A DNA stretch of 64,000 bases from Candidatus Krumholzibacteriota bacterium (GCA_034520215.1 JAXHNR010000001.1:732560-796559), one strand, 5' to 3'; numbered from the stretch's first letter, positions 46,096 through 56,481 are shown. A program made the numbers and translations. The notes: generated from the letters alone by a model not told the origin.

Positions 46096-46910
46096 TGAGA
46101 AAAATTCTGAGTCTCTTTTCTATATTCAGATTACATAATATAGCCGCGGCAGTCATGGCTGTTGCCGCGGGTTTCTCAATGGGCGGGGGTGAACTGTTTC
46201 CGATGATGCTTCTCTGTGCCGTGGCATTAACAACAGCCACGGGCAATGTTATAAATGATTATTACGATCTTGATATCGACAGAGTCAATCGTCCTAACAG
46301 GCCCCTTCCGTCTGGTATCTTGTCGAGAAGACAGGCTCTTTACCTGTATATCAGTCTTTTGGCATTTCTCAGTTATATTTTAACCGATTTCAAATCGGAA
46401 GTAGTAATTTGGATAATTGTCTGGGTTGTTTTACTTCATCTATATTCCCGAGTTTTTAAACGTCGATATATGATCGGGAATTTTGTTGTGTCATCTGTTA
46501 CCGGATCGGGACTTCTGCTTGGTTCGTACTGTGGAGGCAACATTGAAGCGGGTATTATTCCGTCTTTATTTGCCTTCTTATTTATTTTTGGAAGAGAGAT
46601 CGTTAAAGATTGTGAGGATATAGAAGGCGATTATTTCTTCGGATCAAAGACAATAGCGATTATTATCGGGAAGAGAAGAGCTATGAGAATTGCGGCTGTT
46701 ATTTTTCTGCTTCTGATATTTGCTTTTCCTATTCCTTTTTTTATCGGGATTTACAGCAGGGTCTATTTTTTTATAATTATCTTTTCGATTATACCCATAC
46801 TTATAATATCTTTTCTACTGGCGTATAGGGCGAAACGCCCGGGATTTATTAGTTTACTTCTGAAGATTGGACTATTTCTTGGAATTATAGCTTTCTATTA
46901 CGCTGTATAA
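46095..46910 (+). CDS. UbiA-family membrane prenyltransferase (closest by motif to digeranylgeranylglyceryl-phosphate synthase-like enzymes)
   Basis: First Asp-rich motif NVINDYYDLDIDRVNRPNRPLPSG and second motif EDIEGD. At 271 aa with about 8 transmembrane helices. Confidence 0.7.
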   Translation: MRKILSLFSIFRLHNIAAAVMAVAAGFSMGGGELFPMMLLCAVALTTATGNVINDYYDLDIDRVNRPNRPLPSGILSRRQALYLYISLLAFLSYILTDFKSEVVIWIIVWVVLLHLYSRVFKRRYMIGNFVVSSVTGSGLLLGSYCGGNIEAGIIPSLFAFLFIFGREIVKDCEDIEGDYFFGSKTIAIIIGKRRAMRIAAVIFLLLIFAFPIPFFIGIYSRVYFFIIIFSIIPILIISFLLAYRAKRPGFISLLLKIGLFLGIIAFYYAV

Positions 46911-47012
46911 TATTATGTTTAATATTTACATCAGCGAACGGTATCTCCTGTAATTGTTCAATGCGGGATTTGTTTTTCTAATTGCTGATTTACCGGGAAG
47001 CAGGGTGTTTTA

Positions 47013-47837
47013 GTGTTCCAATTTCTTATTGTTATTATTCTCGCGGTAATACAAGGGCTGACGGAATTTTTTCCCGTAAGCTCTTCGGGCCACATAGTCT
47101 TGTTTAAAACAATTCTTGGAAGTGAAGGCGAAATGATCTTCCGGAACGGGATTATTTTCGAAGCTGCCGTTCATGTGGGTACGCTCGGCGCGGTTATAGT
47201 TGTATACAGGAGAAGACTGCTCAACTTATTCAAGGCGATTATATTATGGGCGCGAGGAGGGTTTAGAAGAAAAGAAGGTTTTAGCGATGATATTTCCTAT
47301 GTGGGATGGATTATATTGGGAAGTATTCCGACAGGGGTATTTGGTATAGTATTACATGATACTGTATCGAAGGCTTTCAATATGCCGTTACTTGTAGCAG
47401 TTTCGCTGATTATTACAGGGGTTTTCTTATTATTTGCCAGGGGGAAAGAGGGCAGCGGGGAATTTACTCTGGGAGTTGTATTATTAATAGGGATGGCTCA
47501 GGTGATAGGAATTATCCCCGGTTGTTCCAGAAGCGGGTGGACTATTACAACAGCGCTTCTTTTAGGTGTAGGGTTTAAGAGGGCGGCTGAATTCTCATTT
47601 TTATTATCTGTGCCGGCTATTATAGGTGCTTTTCTGTTTGAATGTCAGTATTTGGAAAATAGTTTGACTAAGGTCTCCATTGTTATCCTTCTTGTGGGAA
47701 GTGTGACGGCATTTCTTGCAGGTTTAGTAGCGTTGAGACTCCTTCTGCACATACTTAAAGAAGGATCCTTCCATCGTTTCTCGTACTATCTGATTCCCGC
47801 CGGGATAATATCCGCGGGCTGGCTTTATTATTTTTAA
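47013..47837 (+). CDS. uppP: Undecaprenyl-diphosphate phosphatase UppP (BacA)
   Basis: GTG start. LTEFFPVSSSGHIVL and the …PGCSRSGWTIT motif are diagnostic of BacA/UppP. Confidence 0.9.
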   Translation: MFQFLIVIILAVIQGLTEFFPVSSSGHIVLFKTILGSEGEMIFRNGIIFEAAVHVGTLGAVIVVYRRRLLNLFKAIILWARGGFRRKEGFSDDISYVGWIILGSIPTGVFGIVLHDTVSKAFNMPLLVAVSLIITGVFLLFARGKEGSGEFTLGVVLLIGMAQVIGIIPGCSRSGWTITTALLLGVGFKRAAEFSFLLSVPAIIGAFLFECQYLENSLTKVSIVILLVGSVTAFLAGLVALRLLLHILKEGSFHRFSYYLIPAGIISAGWLYYF

Positions 47838-47920
47838 AATGTGCAGGTGGTTATTGACCAGGGCTTTTCCCTGTGTTAATTTAAGAATTCGCGAGAGTAA
47901 TTCATAAGTTCAAAGGTGGA

Positions 47921-50641
47921 ATGATGCTTGAAAAGGTTTTTAATCCAAGCGAAATAGATCCCAAGTGGAGGAAGAATTGGAGTGAGACTAACGCGTTTAC
48001 AGCGGACAGTAATTCTGATGCCGATCCTTACACTATAATTTTGCCTCCTCCTAATGTGACTGGAACTTTGACTATAGGGCATGTACTGGGCACTACCGTA
48101 CAGGATATTCTGGTTCGATGGAAAAGGCTCAAAGGATACAATGTTCTCTGGCTCTCCGGAACCGATCATGCCGGAATAGCGACTCAGAAAGTAGTTGAGA
48201 ATAATCTGCTGAGGGAAGGTATTGACAAAGAATCGCTCGGGAGAGAGAAATTCCTTGAAAAATGCTGGCAGTGGAAGGATAAATGTCACGGCAGAATTGT
48301 CGAGCAGCTCAACAAGTTAGGCGCTTCTCTCGACTGGACTAGGGAAAGGTTTACTCTTGATGAGGGAGTATCAGAGGCCGTTAGAGAAGTCTTTGTAAGG
48401 TTGTATGAAAAGGGGTTTATCTACAGAGATAATTATATAGTCAATTGGTGTCCTTCATGTATGACGGCTATAAGCAACGAAGAGGTTGAATTCAAGGATA
48501 CAGATGGAAAATTATATTATATTGCCTATCCCTTTGAGGGGTCTGACGAAGAGATAGTCATTGGGACTACAAGACCTGAAACCATGCTTGGAGATGTCGC
48601 CGTAGCTGTAAATCCGGATGACATAAAAAGAACTCAATATGAGGGTAAGAGTCTTATTTTGCCTCTTGCCGGCAGGAAGATACCTATAATATTTGATGAG
48701 GCTGTTGATCCTGAATTCGGCACAGGCTGTCTCAAAGTAACTCCGGCACATGATCCTACTGATTTCGAAATAGGACGGCGGCATGATCTGGATGATGTTG
48801 TTGTAATCGGCCGTGATGGCAAGATGACAGAGGAGGCTGGAGAATTCAAGGGGCTTGACAGGTATGACGCGAGAAAGAAAGTATTGAAAGCCCTGGATAA
48901 TAAAGGTTTTCTTCGTAGAATCGAGGATTATAATCATTCTGTCGGTTACCACGACAGATGCGGAACTGTTATAGAACCTGCTATTTCAAAGCAGTGGTTT
49001 ATGAAAATGGACACATTGGCAAAACCGGCGATCGAAACTGTCAGGAACGGGGATGTCAGTTTTCTGCCCCCGAGATGGAAAAATATTTATCTCAGTTGGA
49101 TGGAGGAGATCAGAGACTGGTGTATCTCCAGGCAGCTGTGGTGGGGTCACAGGATACCTGTATGGTATTGCATGAAATGTGACAAAGCGGTTGTATCTGT
49201 CAGTACTCCTTCAGAATGCTCTTTCTGCGGCAGCTCCGAGCTTGTTCAGGATCCCGATGTTCTCGACACTTGGTTTTCTTCGTGGTTGTGGACATTTTCA
49301 ACCCTTGGATGGCCGGGGAAAACGGATGATCTTAAAACCTTTCATCCAACAGATGTACTGGTTACCGGCGGCGATATCATTTTCTTCTGGGTTGCGAGAA
49401 TGATTATGGCTTCGATGGAGTTTATGGGTGAACCTCCTTTCTCGACGGTTTATATAACAGGTATCGTAAGGGATATGAATGGGAGAAAGATGAGTAAATC
49501 TCTTGGGAATTCACCGGACCCGATAGATATAATTGATCGTTATGGGGCGGACTCGCTGAGATTCGCTCTTATGAGACTTTCACCTCCCGGGCAGGATATT
49601 ATGTTTGATGAAAAGAAGGTGGAAGTAGGAAAGCACTTTGCGAATAAAGTATGGAACGCGGCGAGATTTGTACTCAGTCAGAGTGACACATTGGGGTATA
49701 AGTTTGAATCCGGCAAGGACCTGGGTGAAGTTTCAGAGGGTGCTGACGGGAACGCTATTATATCTCTATTTAAATCTATCTTTGGCTTTACGCCCGACCT
49801 GGATTGTCAGTTCAATCTTGAAGACAAATGGATAGCCAGCCGTCTTGCCGGTATGTTGGACGATTATGAAAGATACATAGATTCATTCAGATTTGATGAA
49901 GCGATAAAAACATTCTACGATTTCTTCTGGCATGAATTCTGTGACTGGTATATGGAGTTTTCCAAACCTATTCTGTCTGAAGAGAAGAGTAAAGCGGCGG
50001 GTGTTCTTGTAACTTCCCGGGCTGTACTCGGCGCGTGTGTTATCGCCCTTAACCCTGTTATGCCCTTTATTACAGAGGAGATATGGAGTATGCTTGCTCC
50101 TGACTCAGAATCACTTTCTCAGTATAAGTTTGATGACGCGAGTGGAGATCTAAAAGACGTAAAACTGGAAAACGATATAAAGATACTGATGGAAGTAATT
50201 ACCGGAATACGTAATCTAAAACATACCTTTAATGTATCATCTTCTAAAGATGTAAAAGTCATTGTAAATTGCAAACCTGAAAGTAGTTTAAAGGAAATGT
50301 TATCTCCTTTCGTAAAGCAGATTCAACGCCAGGCGGAAATAGCTGAAGTGGATATCAGAAAGGGCGCCTCAAAACCGCCGAAATGTGCCGCTTCAGGGCA
50401 TTCTTCATTTGAAATATATATGCCTTTAGAAAAAATTGTGGATTTGGAAGGCGAGAAGAAAAAACTCGATAAGGATATAGACAAACTCGAAAGCCAAATT
50501 GATGTTATTGAGAAGAGACTTAATAACGAGCATTTCTTGAAGAAAGCTCCCGAAGAGGTAGTCAGCAGAGAAAGAGAAAGAATCCGTGATATGAAAGATC
50601 GCGGAAAACGGATGAAAGCTATCCTGGAGGATTTAGATTGA
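47921..50641 (+). CDS. valS: Valine--tRNA ligase
   Basis: PPPNVTGTLTIGHVL (HIGH motif), KMSKSLGN, an editing domain, and a C-terminal coiled coil. Length is 906 aa. Confidence 0.95.
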   Translation: MMLEKVFNPSEIDPKWRKNWSETNAFTADSNSDADPYTIILPPPNVTGTLTIGHVLGTTVQDILVRWKRLKGYNVLWLSGTDHAGIATQKVVENNLLREGIDKESLGREKFLEKCWQWKDKCHGRIVEQLNKLGASLDWTRERFTLDEGVSEAVREVFVRLYEKGFIYRDNYIVNWCPSCMTAISNEEVEFKDTDGKLYYIAYPFEGSDEEIVIGTTRPETMLGDVAVAVNPDDIKRTQYEGKSLILPLAGRKIPIIFDEAVDPEFGTGCLKVTPAHDPTDFEIGRRHDLDDVVVIGRDGKMTEEAGEFKGLDRYDARKKVLKALDNKGFLRRIEDYNHSVGYHDRCGTVIEPAISKQWFMKMDTLAKPAIETVRNGDVSFLPPRWKNIYLSWMEEIRDWCISRQLWWGHRIPVWYCMKCDKAVVSVSTPSECSFCGSSELVQDPDVLDTWFSSWLWTFSTLGWPGKTDDLKTFHPTDVLVTGGDIIFFWVARMIMASMEFMGEPPFSTVYITGIVRDMNGRKMSKSLGNSPDPIDIIDRYGADSLRFALMRLSPPGQDIMFDEKKVEVGKHFANKVWNAARFVLSQSDTLGYKFESGKDLGEVSEGADGNAIISLFKSIFGFTPDLDCQFNLEDKWIASRLAGMLDDYERYIDSFRFDEAIKTFYDFFWHEFCDWYMEFSKPILSEEKSKAAGVLVTSRAVLGACVIALNPVMPFITEEIWSMLAPDSESLSQYKFDDASGDLKDVKLENDIKILMEVITGIRNLKHTFNVSSSKDVKVIVNCKPESSLKEMLSPFVKQIQRQAEIAEVDIRKGASKPPKCAASGHSSFEIYMPLEKIVDLEGEKKKLDKDIDKLESQIDVIEKRLNNEHFLKKAPEEVVSRERERIRDMKDRGKRMKAILEDLD

Positions 50642-51567
50642 GTGATAATGAAAAGACCACCGGAGACAATGGTGAGGTTGACAGCCGTGATCCATTGAGC
50701 GGCGAAGAAACAGTTGGTGAAATCCTCTTTTCAGCAAGAGAAAAGGCCGGTGTCACGAGGGCTCAAATAAGTGAATCGACGAGAATACCTGAAGAGACTT
50801 TGAAATATCTTGAAACTGACAATTTTGATATGCTGCCGGCAAGGGTTTATGTCAGAGGTTTCATTCGCAATTTCGCGGGCGAGTTGGGATTGGATGTCGA
50901 ACATCTTCTTGAAAGATATGAGGTTCAGACGGGGCAGACTCATAAAAGTAAAGGTGATTTCTGGGAAGTAAAGGAAAAGACTATCGAAGAGAAAAGAACT
51001 TCCGCGGCTATTCCAAAAAACCTTCTCATGATCGTGTCAGTATTAGCGGTTGTGATTTTAATTTTTGTTTTCGTGTTCCGTAGTGATGATCGTCCGGATG
51101 TCCTCCCACAGAGTACAATCCCCGATGTGGAAGAATTTATTGGAAAAAATATGAATAAAGAAGGGATGAACAAAAAGGAGATTAATCAGTCTTTTCGCAA
51201 AGATAGCGTTAAAATCAGCAATCCCGAAAAAGCAAAAGACACTTCAAGCGGTAAATCGGTTGAGAAGAAGACTCTCCCCCTTGAGCTTAAGATAATTGCA
51301 AATAAAACGGACACTACCTGGTTTGATATAATTTCAATCTCACGGAAAGATCAAAAACCCGATACAGCCTATTATGACTTTATTCTGCTGCCCGGCGGAG
51401 AAAAAGAACTGACGGCAACGGATGCCTTTATATTCAGAAAGATTGGTAATGCCGCGGGATTCAGAATAGAATTCAATGGAGAGAAAATAGCTCCTCTCGG
51501 GGAAACTAACGAAGTACTGGAGAATATATATTTAGGCAGAGACAGTATAGCCCTGGGAAATATTTGA
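50638..51567 (+). CDS. RodZ-like cytoskeleton protein (HTH_25 + transmembrane segment + DUF4115)
   Basis: N-terminal XRE-type HTH (VGEILFSAREKAGVTRAQISESTRIPEETLKYLE), a single transmembrane helix (LLMIVSVLAVVILIFVFVF), and a C-terminal beta-rich domain. Confidence 0.55.
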   Translation: MSDNEKTTGDNGEVDSRDPLSGEETVGEILFSAREKAGVTRAQISESTRIPEETLKYLETDNFDMLPARVYVRGFIRNFAGELGLDVEHLLERYEVQTGQTHKSKGDFWEVKEKTIEEKRTSAAIPKNLLMIVSVLAVVILIFVFVFRSDDRPDVLPQSTIPDVEEFIGKNMNKEGMNKKEINQSFRKDSVKISNPEKAKDTSSGKSVEKKTLPLELKIIANKTDTTWFDIISISRKDQKPDTAYYDFILLPGGEKELTATDAFIFRKIGNAAGFRIEFNGEKIAPLGETNEVLENIYLGRDSIALGNI

Positions 51568-51595
51568 TATCTTCAACCATCTTCATAAAACTGAA

Positions 51596-53620
51596 ATGTC
51601 TATTTTCAAGCTCAGATCAGCATATAAACCGACAGGTGATCAACCGGAGGCTATAGATTCCCTCCTAAGTGGTCTGGGAATGGGAAAGAAATTTCAGACA
51701 CTTCTTGGAGTTACAGGTTCGGGAAAAACATTTACTATCGCCAATGTTATCGCCAGATCAAATAAACCTGTACTGATAATTTCACACAATAAAACTCTTG
51801 CCGCTCAACTATACGGAGAGTTAAAAAATTTCTTTCCGGAAAGCGCGGTAGAGTACTTTATCAGTTATTATGATTATTACCAGCCCGAAGCGTTTATTCC
51901 CGCGACAAGTACATACATCGAGAAGGATGTATCAATCAATGAAAGTATAGACCGGTTGAGGCTCAAGGCGACCGGTTCTCTCATGACCAGGAAGGATGTA
52001 GTCGTAGTAGCGAGTGTTTCGTGTATTTATGGACTTGGTTCACCGGAGCAGTTCAGTGAGCTTTCATTCAGTTTGAGAGAGGGAGAAAATATAGAGCGTG
52101 ACAGAATTGTCAGGAAGCTGGTTGATTTGTGGTACAGAAGAGATGACATAGAATTTGAACGCGCCACTTTCAGGGTAAGAGGAGATACAATTGAACTGCG
52201 CCCCGCTTTTATGGAAGAGGGGATAAGAATAGAACTTTTTGATGATGATGTTGAAAAGATTTCAATATTTAACCCCAGTTCGGGAGAGATTATCAGGGGT
52301 GCTAAAGAAATAAATATCTTCCCGTCATCACATTTTGTGGTTTCCAGAAAAAAGTTGGATATGGCGATATCGGGGATAGAAGAAGAATTGAAAATTAGAT
52401 ACAGGGAGATGAAGAAAGCGGGCAAAGAATTTGAAGCCAAACGGCTAAAAAGCCGTACTCTTTACGACATTGAAATGATGAAGGAGGTTGGTTACTGCAG
52501 CGGGATTGAAAATTACTCCCGTTATTTCTCCGGCAGAAAAGAGGGAGAAAGACCCGCTACCCTTATTGATTATTTTGGTGATGATTTTATAGTGGTAATT
52601 GACGAATCACATGTAACATTACCACAGATAAGGGCTATGTACCGAGGAGACCGCAGCCGGAAGATGACACTTGTTGAGCACGGGTTTCGTCTTCCCTCCG
52701 CTCTGGATAACAGGCCGCTTAAGTATGAAGAATTTGAAAGTATAATAGACAGGTTTATATTTGTTTCTGCCACTCCGGGAGATTACGAGATAGAGAAATG
52801 CGGGGGTGAAATCACGGAGCAGGTTTTAAGGCCGACGGGGCTTGTTGATCCCAGGATTGAAATAAGGCCTGTAAAGGGACAGGTAGATGACTTACTTGAT
52901 GAAATCCGCGTCAGTATAAAGAGGAAAGAAAGGGTTCTTGTTACAACACTAACGAAGAATATGTCAGAGGAACTGACATCTTATCTTAATAAGTTCAACG
53001 TAAAAGTACGCTATCTTCACAGTGATATTCGCGCTCTTGATAGAGTTGGCATACTTCGAGATCTCCGTTTTGGAAAATTCGATGTTCTCGTCGGTATAAA
53101 TCTTCTAAGAGAAGGACTTGACCTGCCTGAGGTCAGTCTCGTCGCCGTACTTGACGCTGATAAGGAAGGCTTCCTCAGATCAAGGGTATCGCTTATACAG
53201 ACGGCTGGTAGAGCGGCAAGGCATGTCGGGGGCAGAGTAATATTCTACGCTGACCGGATTACAGGTTCAATCAGGAAAGCTGTGGATGAAACATCAAGGC
53301 GCAGGGAAAAGCAGATCGAATATAACAGAAAGCATGGAATAATTCCAAGATCAGTTGTAAAATCAGTTGATGATGTAAGGATATCAACCTCGATAGCGGA
53401 CAGCGGTAAAAGAAGTATCGAAGAGGAGAGTATGGAAGATAGAGTTTATATTCCGGATAGTGGATATGATCCCGCTATTCTGAGAAAACTTGAAGAGGAA
53501 ATGGAAAAAGAGGCTGAGGCTTTGAATTTTGAAAGGGCGGCAAGTATAAGAGACAGAATTGAGGAAATTCGAATGAATCTTGAAGGGAGAAGAGAAATTG
53601 AAAAAGGGGACATTGATTGA
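51596..53620 (+). CDS. uvrB: Excinuclease ABC subunit B
   Basis: LLGVTGSGKTFT Walker A, helicase motifs, and a C-terminal UVR domain (EEEMEKEAEALNFERAASIRDRI). Confidence 0.95.
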   Translation: MSIFKLRSAYKPTGDQPEAIDSLLSGLGMGKKFQTLLGVTGSGKTFTIANVIARSNKPVLIISHNKTLAAQLYGELKNFFPESAVEYFISYYDYYQPEAFIPATSTYIEKDVSINESIDRLRLKATGSLMTRKDVVVVASVSCIYGLGSPEQFSELSFSLREGENIERDRIVRKLVDLWYRRDDIEFERATFRVRGDTIELRPAFMEEGIRIELFDDDVEKISIFNPSSGEIIRGAKEINIFPSSHFVVSRKKLDMAISGIEEELKIRYREMKKAGKEFEAKRLKSRTLYDIEMMKEVGYCSGIENYSRYFSGRKEGERPATLIDYFGDDFIVVIDESHVTLPQIRAMYRGDRSRKMTLVEHGFRLPSALDNRPLKYEEFESIIDRFIFVSATPGDYEIEKCGGEITEQVLRPTGLVDPRIEIRPVKGQVDDLLDEIRVSIKRKERVLVTTLTKNMSEELTSYLNKFNVKVRYLHSDIRALDRVGILRDLRFGKFDVLVGINLLREGLDLPEVSLVAVLDADKEGFLRSRVSLIQTAGRAARHVGGRVIFYADRITGSIRKAVDETSRRREKQIEYNRKHGIIPRSVVKSVDDVRISTSIADSGKRSIEEESMEDRVYIPDSGYDPAILRKLEEEMEKEAEALNFERAASIRDRIEEIRMNLEGRREIEKGDID

Positions 53621-54446
53621 TTTGATACGAACCGCTTTAGACGAAGATGATGTGAATAATGATATTACTACCGGGATACTTGTTGATAGTGATACCTGCG
53701 GCTCGGCAGAGATAATCGCTAAAGGGGAAGGGGTAATATCAGGGCAGGAATGCGCGGGATGTGTTTTCTCTTTTGTGGATGACTCGCTTATCTATTCTCC
53801 CAGAGTTGAAGATGGCGCGCGAGTGCGAAAAGGTGATATTGTTGCTGTCGTTGAAGGAAGTTTTTCCTCGATCCTTAATTCTGAGAGGCTGGCGCTTAAT
53901 TTTCTTGGACATCTTTCCGGTGTGGCGACTGTAACAGCTTCTTTTTCCCAGAAAGTCAAGGGCAGCGGTATCAGAATACTGGATACGAGAAAGACGACAC
54001 CCGGGTTGAGGTTTGTTGAAAAAAAAGCTGTTCGTGATGGCGGAGGCGAGAATCACAGATCTAACCTGAGCGAAATGGTACTTGTTAAAGAAAACCATAT
54101 TTCAATAGCCGGCGGCTTGGTTAATATATTGGACTTATTGGGCAAGGAACGGCTGAAAAAGGCGGAAATTGAAGTGGGATCGCTGGATGAATTATCTCTT
54201 CTTATAAAGAATCCTCCTGCAAGGATCATGCTTGATAATTTTACTCCTGATATGGTTGAGAGAGCGGTAGAGGAAGTCGAGAAATGCCGCGGGGAAAGAC
54301 CTGAAATAGAAGTGTCAGGTGGAATTTCTCTCGATACGGTAGATGATTACGTCATACCCGGAGTTAATTATATATCTGTTGGTTCTATAACATCATCGGC
54401 GCCGGCGTTGGATCTAAGTCTTATTATCGGGGAAACTGTTGTTTAG
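53580..54446 (+). CDS. nadC: Nicotinate-nucleotide diphosphorylase (carboxylating) NadC
   Basis: ILDTRKTTPGLRFVEKKAVRDGGGENHRSNL…VKENHI matches the quinolinate phosphoribosyltransferase core. The start overlaps the uvrB 3' end (alternative starts are possible). Confidence 0.8.
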   Translation: MKGEEKLKKGTLIDLIRTALDEDDVNNDITTGILVDSDTCGSAEIIAKGEGVISGQECAGCVFSFVDDSLIYSPRVEDGARVRKGDIVAVVEGSFSSILNSERLALNFLGHLSGVATVTASFSQKVKGSGIRILDTRKTTPGLRFVEKKAVRDGGGENHRSNLSEMVLVKENHISIAGGLVNILDLLGKERLKKAEIEVGSLDELSLLIKNPPARIMLDNFTPDMVERAVEEVEKCRGERPEIEVSGGISLDTVDDYVIPGVNYISVGSITSSAPALDLSLIIGETVV

Positions 54447-54468
54447 TATGTAAAGGGAGCCCTGTTTT

Positions 54469-55245
54469 ATGATGTTAAATGAACTTCATCCGGCGAACCT
54501 GAAATTAAATCTTAAATCTGACAGATTTGGGAGTATTGTTGTATTATACGAGTCGGTGGATTCAACGAATACTGAGTGTGAAAAACTCGCTGCTATAGGG
54601 TTTCCGGAGGGGACTGTTGTCACCGCGATAGAGCAGGTAGAAGGAAGAGGCAGGAAGCAGCGACAATGGTTCTCAAGTATAAAGGGCAGTCTTGTTTTTT
54701 CAGTGATTCTCAAACCCGGCAAATTGCCGACCGGTTTAACATCACTTATGGCGTATTCAATTATTGAAGTCTTAGATGATTACTCTCCAGAAATAATGAT
54801 CAAATGGCCTAATGATATATATTACAAGAAGAAAAAAATAGGAGGGATACTTGCTGAAGGTAAGAATGAATATGTGGTAATTGGAGCGGGGTTGAATATA
54901 AATCAGCAAAGGGAAGATTTCCCCGATGAGATAGCGCCGTTAGCCTCTTCCCTCAGGGGCGCGGCCGGAAAGCTGTTAGATAGAGGTATAATTTTGTGCA
55001 GAATTCTTGAATCCTTTGAAAAGAATTATTCGCGGTGGAAATTCTCCGCTTTTGGTGTATTCAAAGAAGCTGTTGAAGAAAGACTCTTATATATTAATAC
55101 AGATGTAATCGTTGAAGACGCGGGTTTTCATAAAGCAGGGAGATTTTTGGGTATAACCGAAGAGGGTTATATTTTACTCCTCTGCGGGGATGATATCAAC
55201 GTCCTTACTTCCGGAGACCTTAGTTTAAAGAGGAGTATTGAATGA
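54469..55245 (+). CDS. birA: Biotin--[acetyl-CoA-carboxylase] ligase, group I (no HTH)
   Basis: QVEGRGRKQRQWFSS…GSLVFSVIL (GRGRxGRxW motif) and a KIKWPNDIY adenylation loop. Length is 258 aa. Confidence 0.8.
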   Translation: MMLNELHPANLKLNLKSDRFGSIVVLYESVDSTNTECEKLAAIGFPEGTVVTAIEQVEGRGRKQRQWFSSIKGSLVFSVILKPGKLPTGLTSLMAYSIIEVLDDYSPEIMIKWPNDIYYKKKKIGGILAEGKNEYVVIGAGLNINQQREDFPDEIAPLASSLRGAAGKLLDRGIILCRILESFEKNYSRWKFSAFGVFKEAVEERLLYINTDVIVEDAGFHKAGRFLGITEEGYILLLCGDDINVLTSGDLSLKRSIE

Positions 55246-55979
55246 GTCGCGTTTTGACACTTGATATGGGAAACGGCGGTTTGAAAGCCGCTATTTTCAA
55301 AGATGATAAGATTGAAAAAAAGTGGAAGTTCAAGTTCGACACAGGATTTAAACATGTTTCAGAAGTGCTGAGGAATTCTTTTCCGGAGGGTATCGCGGTC
55401 AGTAGCGTTGTTCCCGAATGGACAGACTCATTTCTTGATAGGATCGACCGCGAAAAATATAAAAGAGTTTTATATGTGGATTCCAAGACTGAATTCCCTT
55501 TCCCCGTGCTTTTATCTTCTGGTGCTGAGGTTGGAGCGGACAGGGTGTGCGCTGCTTGCGGCTCGATACAAATAGGTGTTAAAGAAGCTGTAATAGTTGA
55601 TTTCGGCACAGCCGTTACTGTCGATGTGCTTAGCGGGAAAGGGTATGAAGGAGGAGTTATATTCCCGGGCGCTGAAATAATTCTAAATTCCCTCCATAGG
55701 GAAACCGCGGTTCTGCCCTTTATCAAGAGTTTATCCGGGCAGGGGAAGATACCGGGAAAAGATACTTATGAAGCTATCGCGAGCGGCACGTTCTGGGGGA
55801 TACTTGGAGCGGTTGAAAAACTGATAGAACGTTCCCTCGAAGCCCTGTCATCAGATGCCCGGATTGTACTTACAGGCGGGGGTATAAGTGTTATATCTTC
55901 TCATTTGAAGGGTTCCTTCCTGCACGAGCCAGACCTTGTTTCCAAGGGTCTTTTGATGCTGTATAATATGAATATGTAA
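55242..55979 (+). CDS. coaX: Type III pantothenate kinase
   Basis: VLTLDMGNGGLKAAIF, GADRV…, and IVVDFGTAVTVDV are ASKHA-fold CoaX signatures. Confidence 0.8.
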   Translation: MSRVLTLDMGNGGLKAAIFKDDKIEKKWKFKFDTGFKHVSEVLRNSFPEGIAVSSVVPEWTDSFLDRIDREKYKRVLYVDSKTEFPFPVLLSSGAEVGADRVCAACGSIQIGVKEAVIVDFGTAVTVDVLSGKGYEGGVIFPGAEIILNSLHRETAVLPFIKSLSGQGKIPGKDTYEAIASGTFWGILGAVEKLIERSLEALSSDARIVLTGGGISVISSHLKGSFLHEPDLVSKGLLMLYNMNM

Positions 55980-56134
55980 CATATATCTGCCTGTTATTAT
56001 AATAACAGAGCATCCCATTCGGACCCGGGCAGGTGGGCTCGTTTGTATTAGCGATTTTATGATAAAAAATTTCAGTATATTTGACATTTTTACTTGCATT
56101 CTATTTATGATGTCAATATATTGTCAATCTGATA

Positions 56135-56161
56135 GTAGCAGTCAGACAGTGAGAGTGCTAA
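56135..56161 (+). promoter_or_regulatory. CIRCE-like HrcA operator upstream of groES
   Basis: GTAGCAGTC-N9-GAGTGCTAA against the consensus TTAGCACTC-N9-GAGTGCTAA (7/9 and 9/9 matches). A TTGACA sits at 56091-56096 upstream. Confidence 0.55.
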
Positions 56162-56193
56162 TTTACTGAAAAGAAAGTAGAAAGGAGGATGTT

Positions 56194-56481
56194 GTGAAGA
56201 TTAAACCTTTAGCTGACAGAGTTCTTGTTAAAGCTGTTGATCCTGCCGATGTGAAAAAGGGTGGGATTATTATTCCCGATACCGCTAAGGAAAAGCCTCA
56301 AGAGGGGAAAGTTGTAGAAGTTGGAAAGGGACGTATTAACGAAACAAGTGGAAAACGTCTCGAGATGGAAGTTAAGAAAGGTGATTCCGTTCTTTACGGT
56401 AAATATTCAGGAACCGAAATTACCTTGGATGGAGTTGAATATCTAATTTTGAGAGAGAGTGATATATTAGCCACAATATAA
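56194..56481 (+). CDS. groES: Co-chaperonin GroES
   Basis: GTG start with an AAGGAGG ribosome-binding site. [13 protein letters not shown]…[22 protein letters not shown]. Confidence 0.95.
   Translation: MKIKPLADRVLVKAVDPADVKKGGIIIPDTAKEKPQEGKVVEVGKGRINETSGKRLEMEVKKGDSVLYGKYSGTEITLDGVEYLILRESDILATI

Noticed and set aside
47838-47920. Possible T-box or attenuator leader upstream of valS
   Set aside because: The leader is only about 80 nt, with a small hairpin (CAGGG-CTTTT-CCCTG). T-box leaders are about 200-300 nt with a specifier loop and antiterminator, and nothing comparable is present. The hairpin is more likely a weak uppP terminator.
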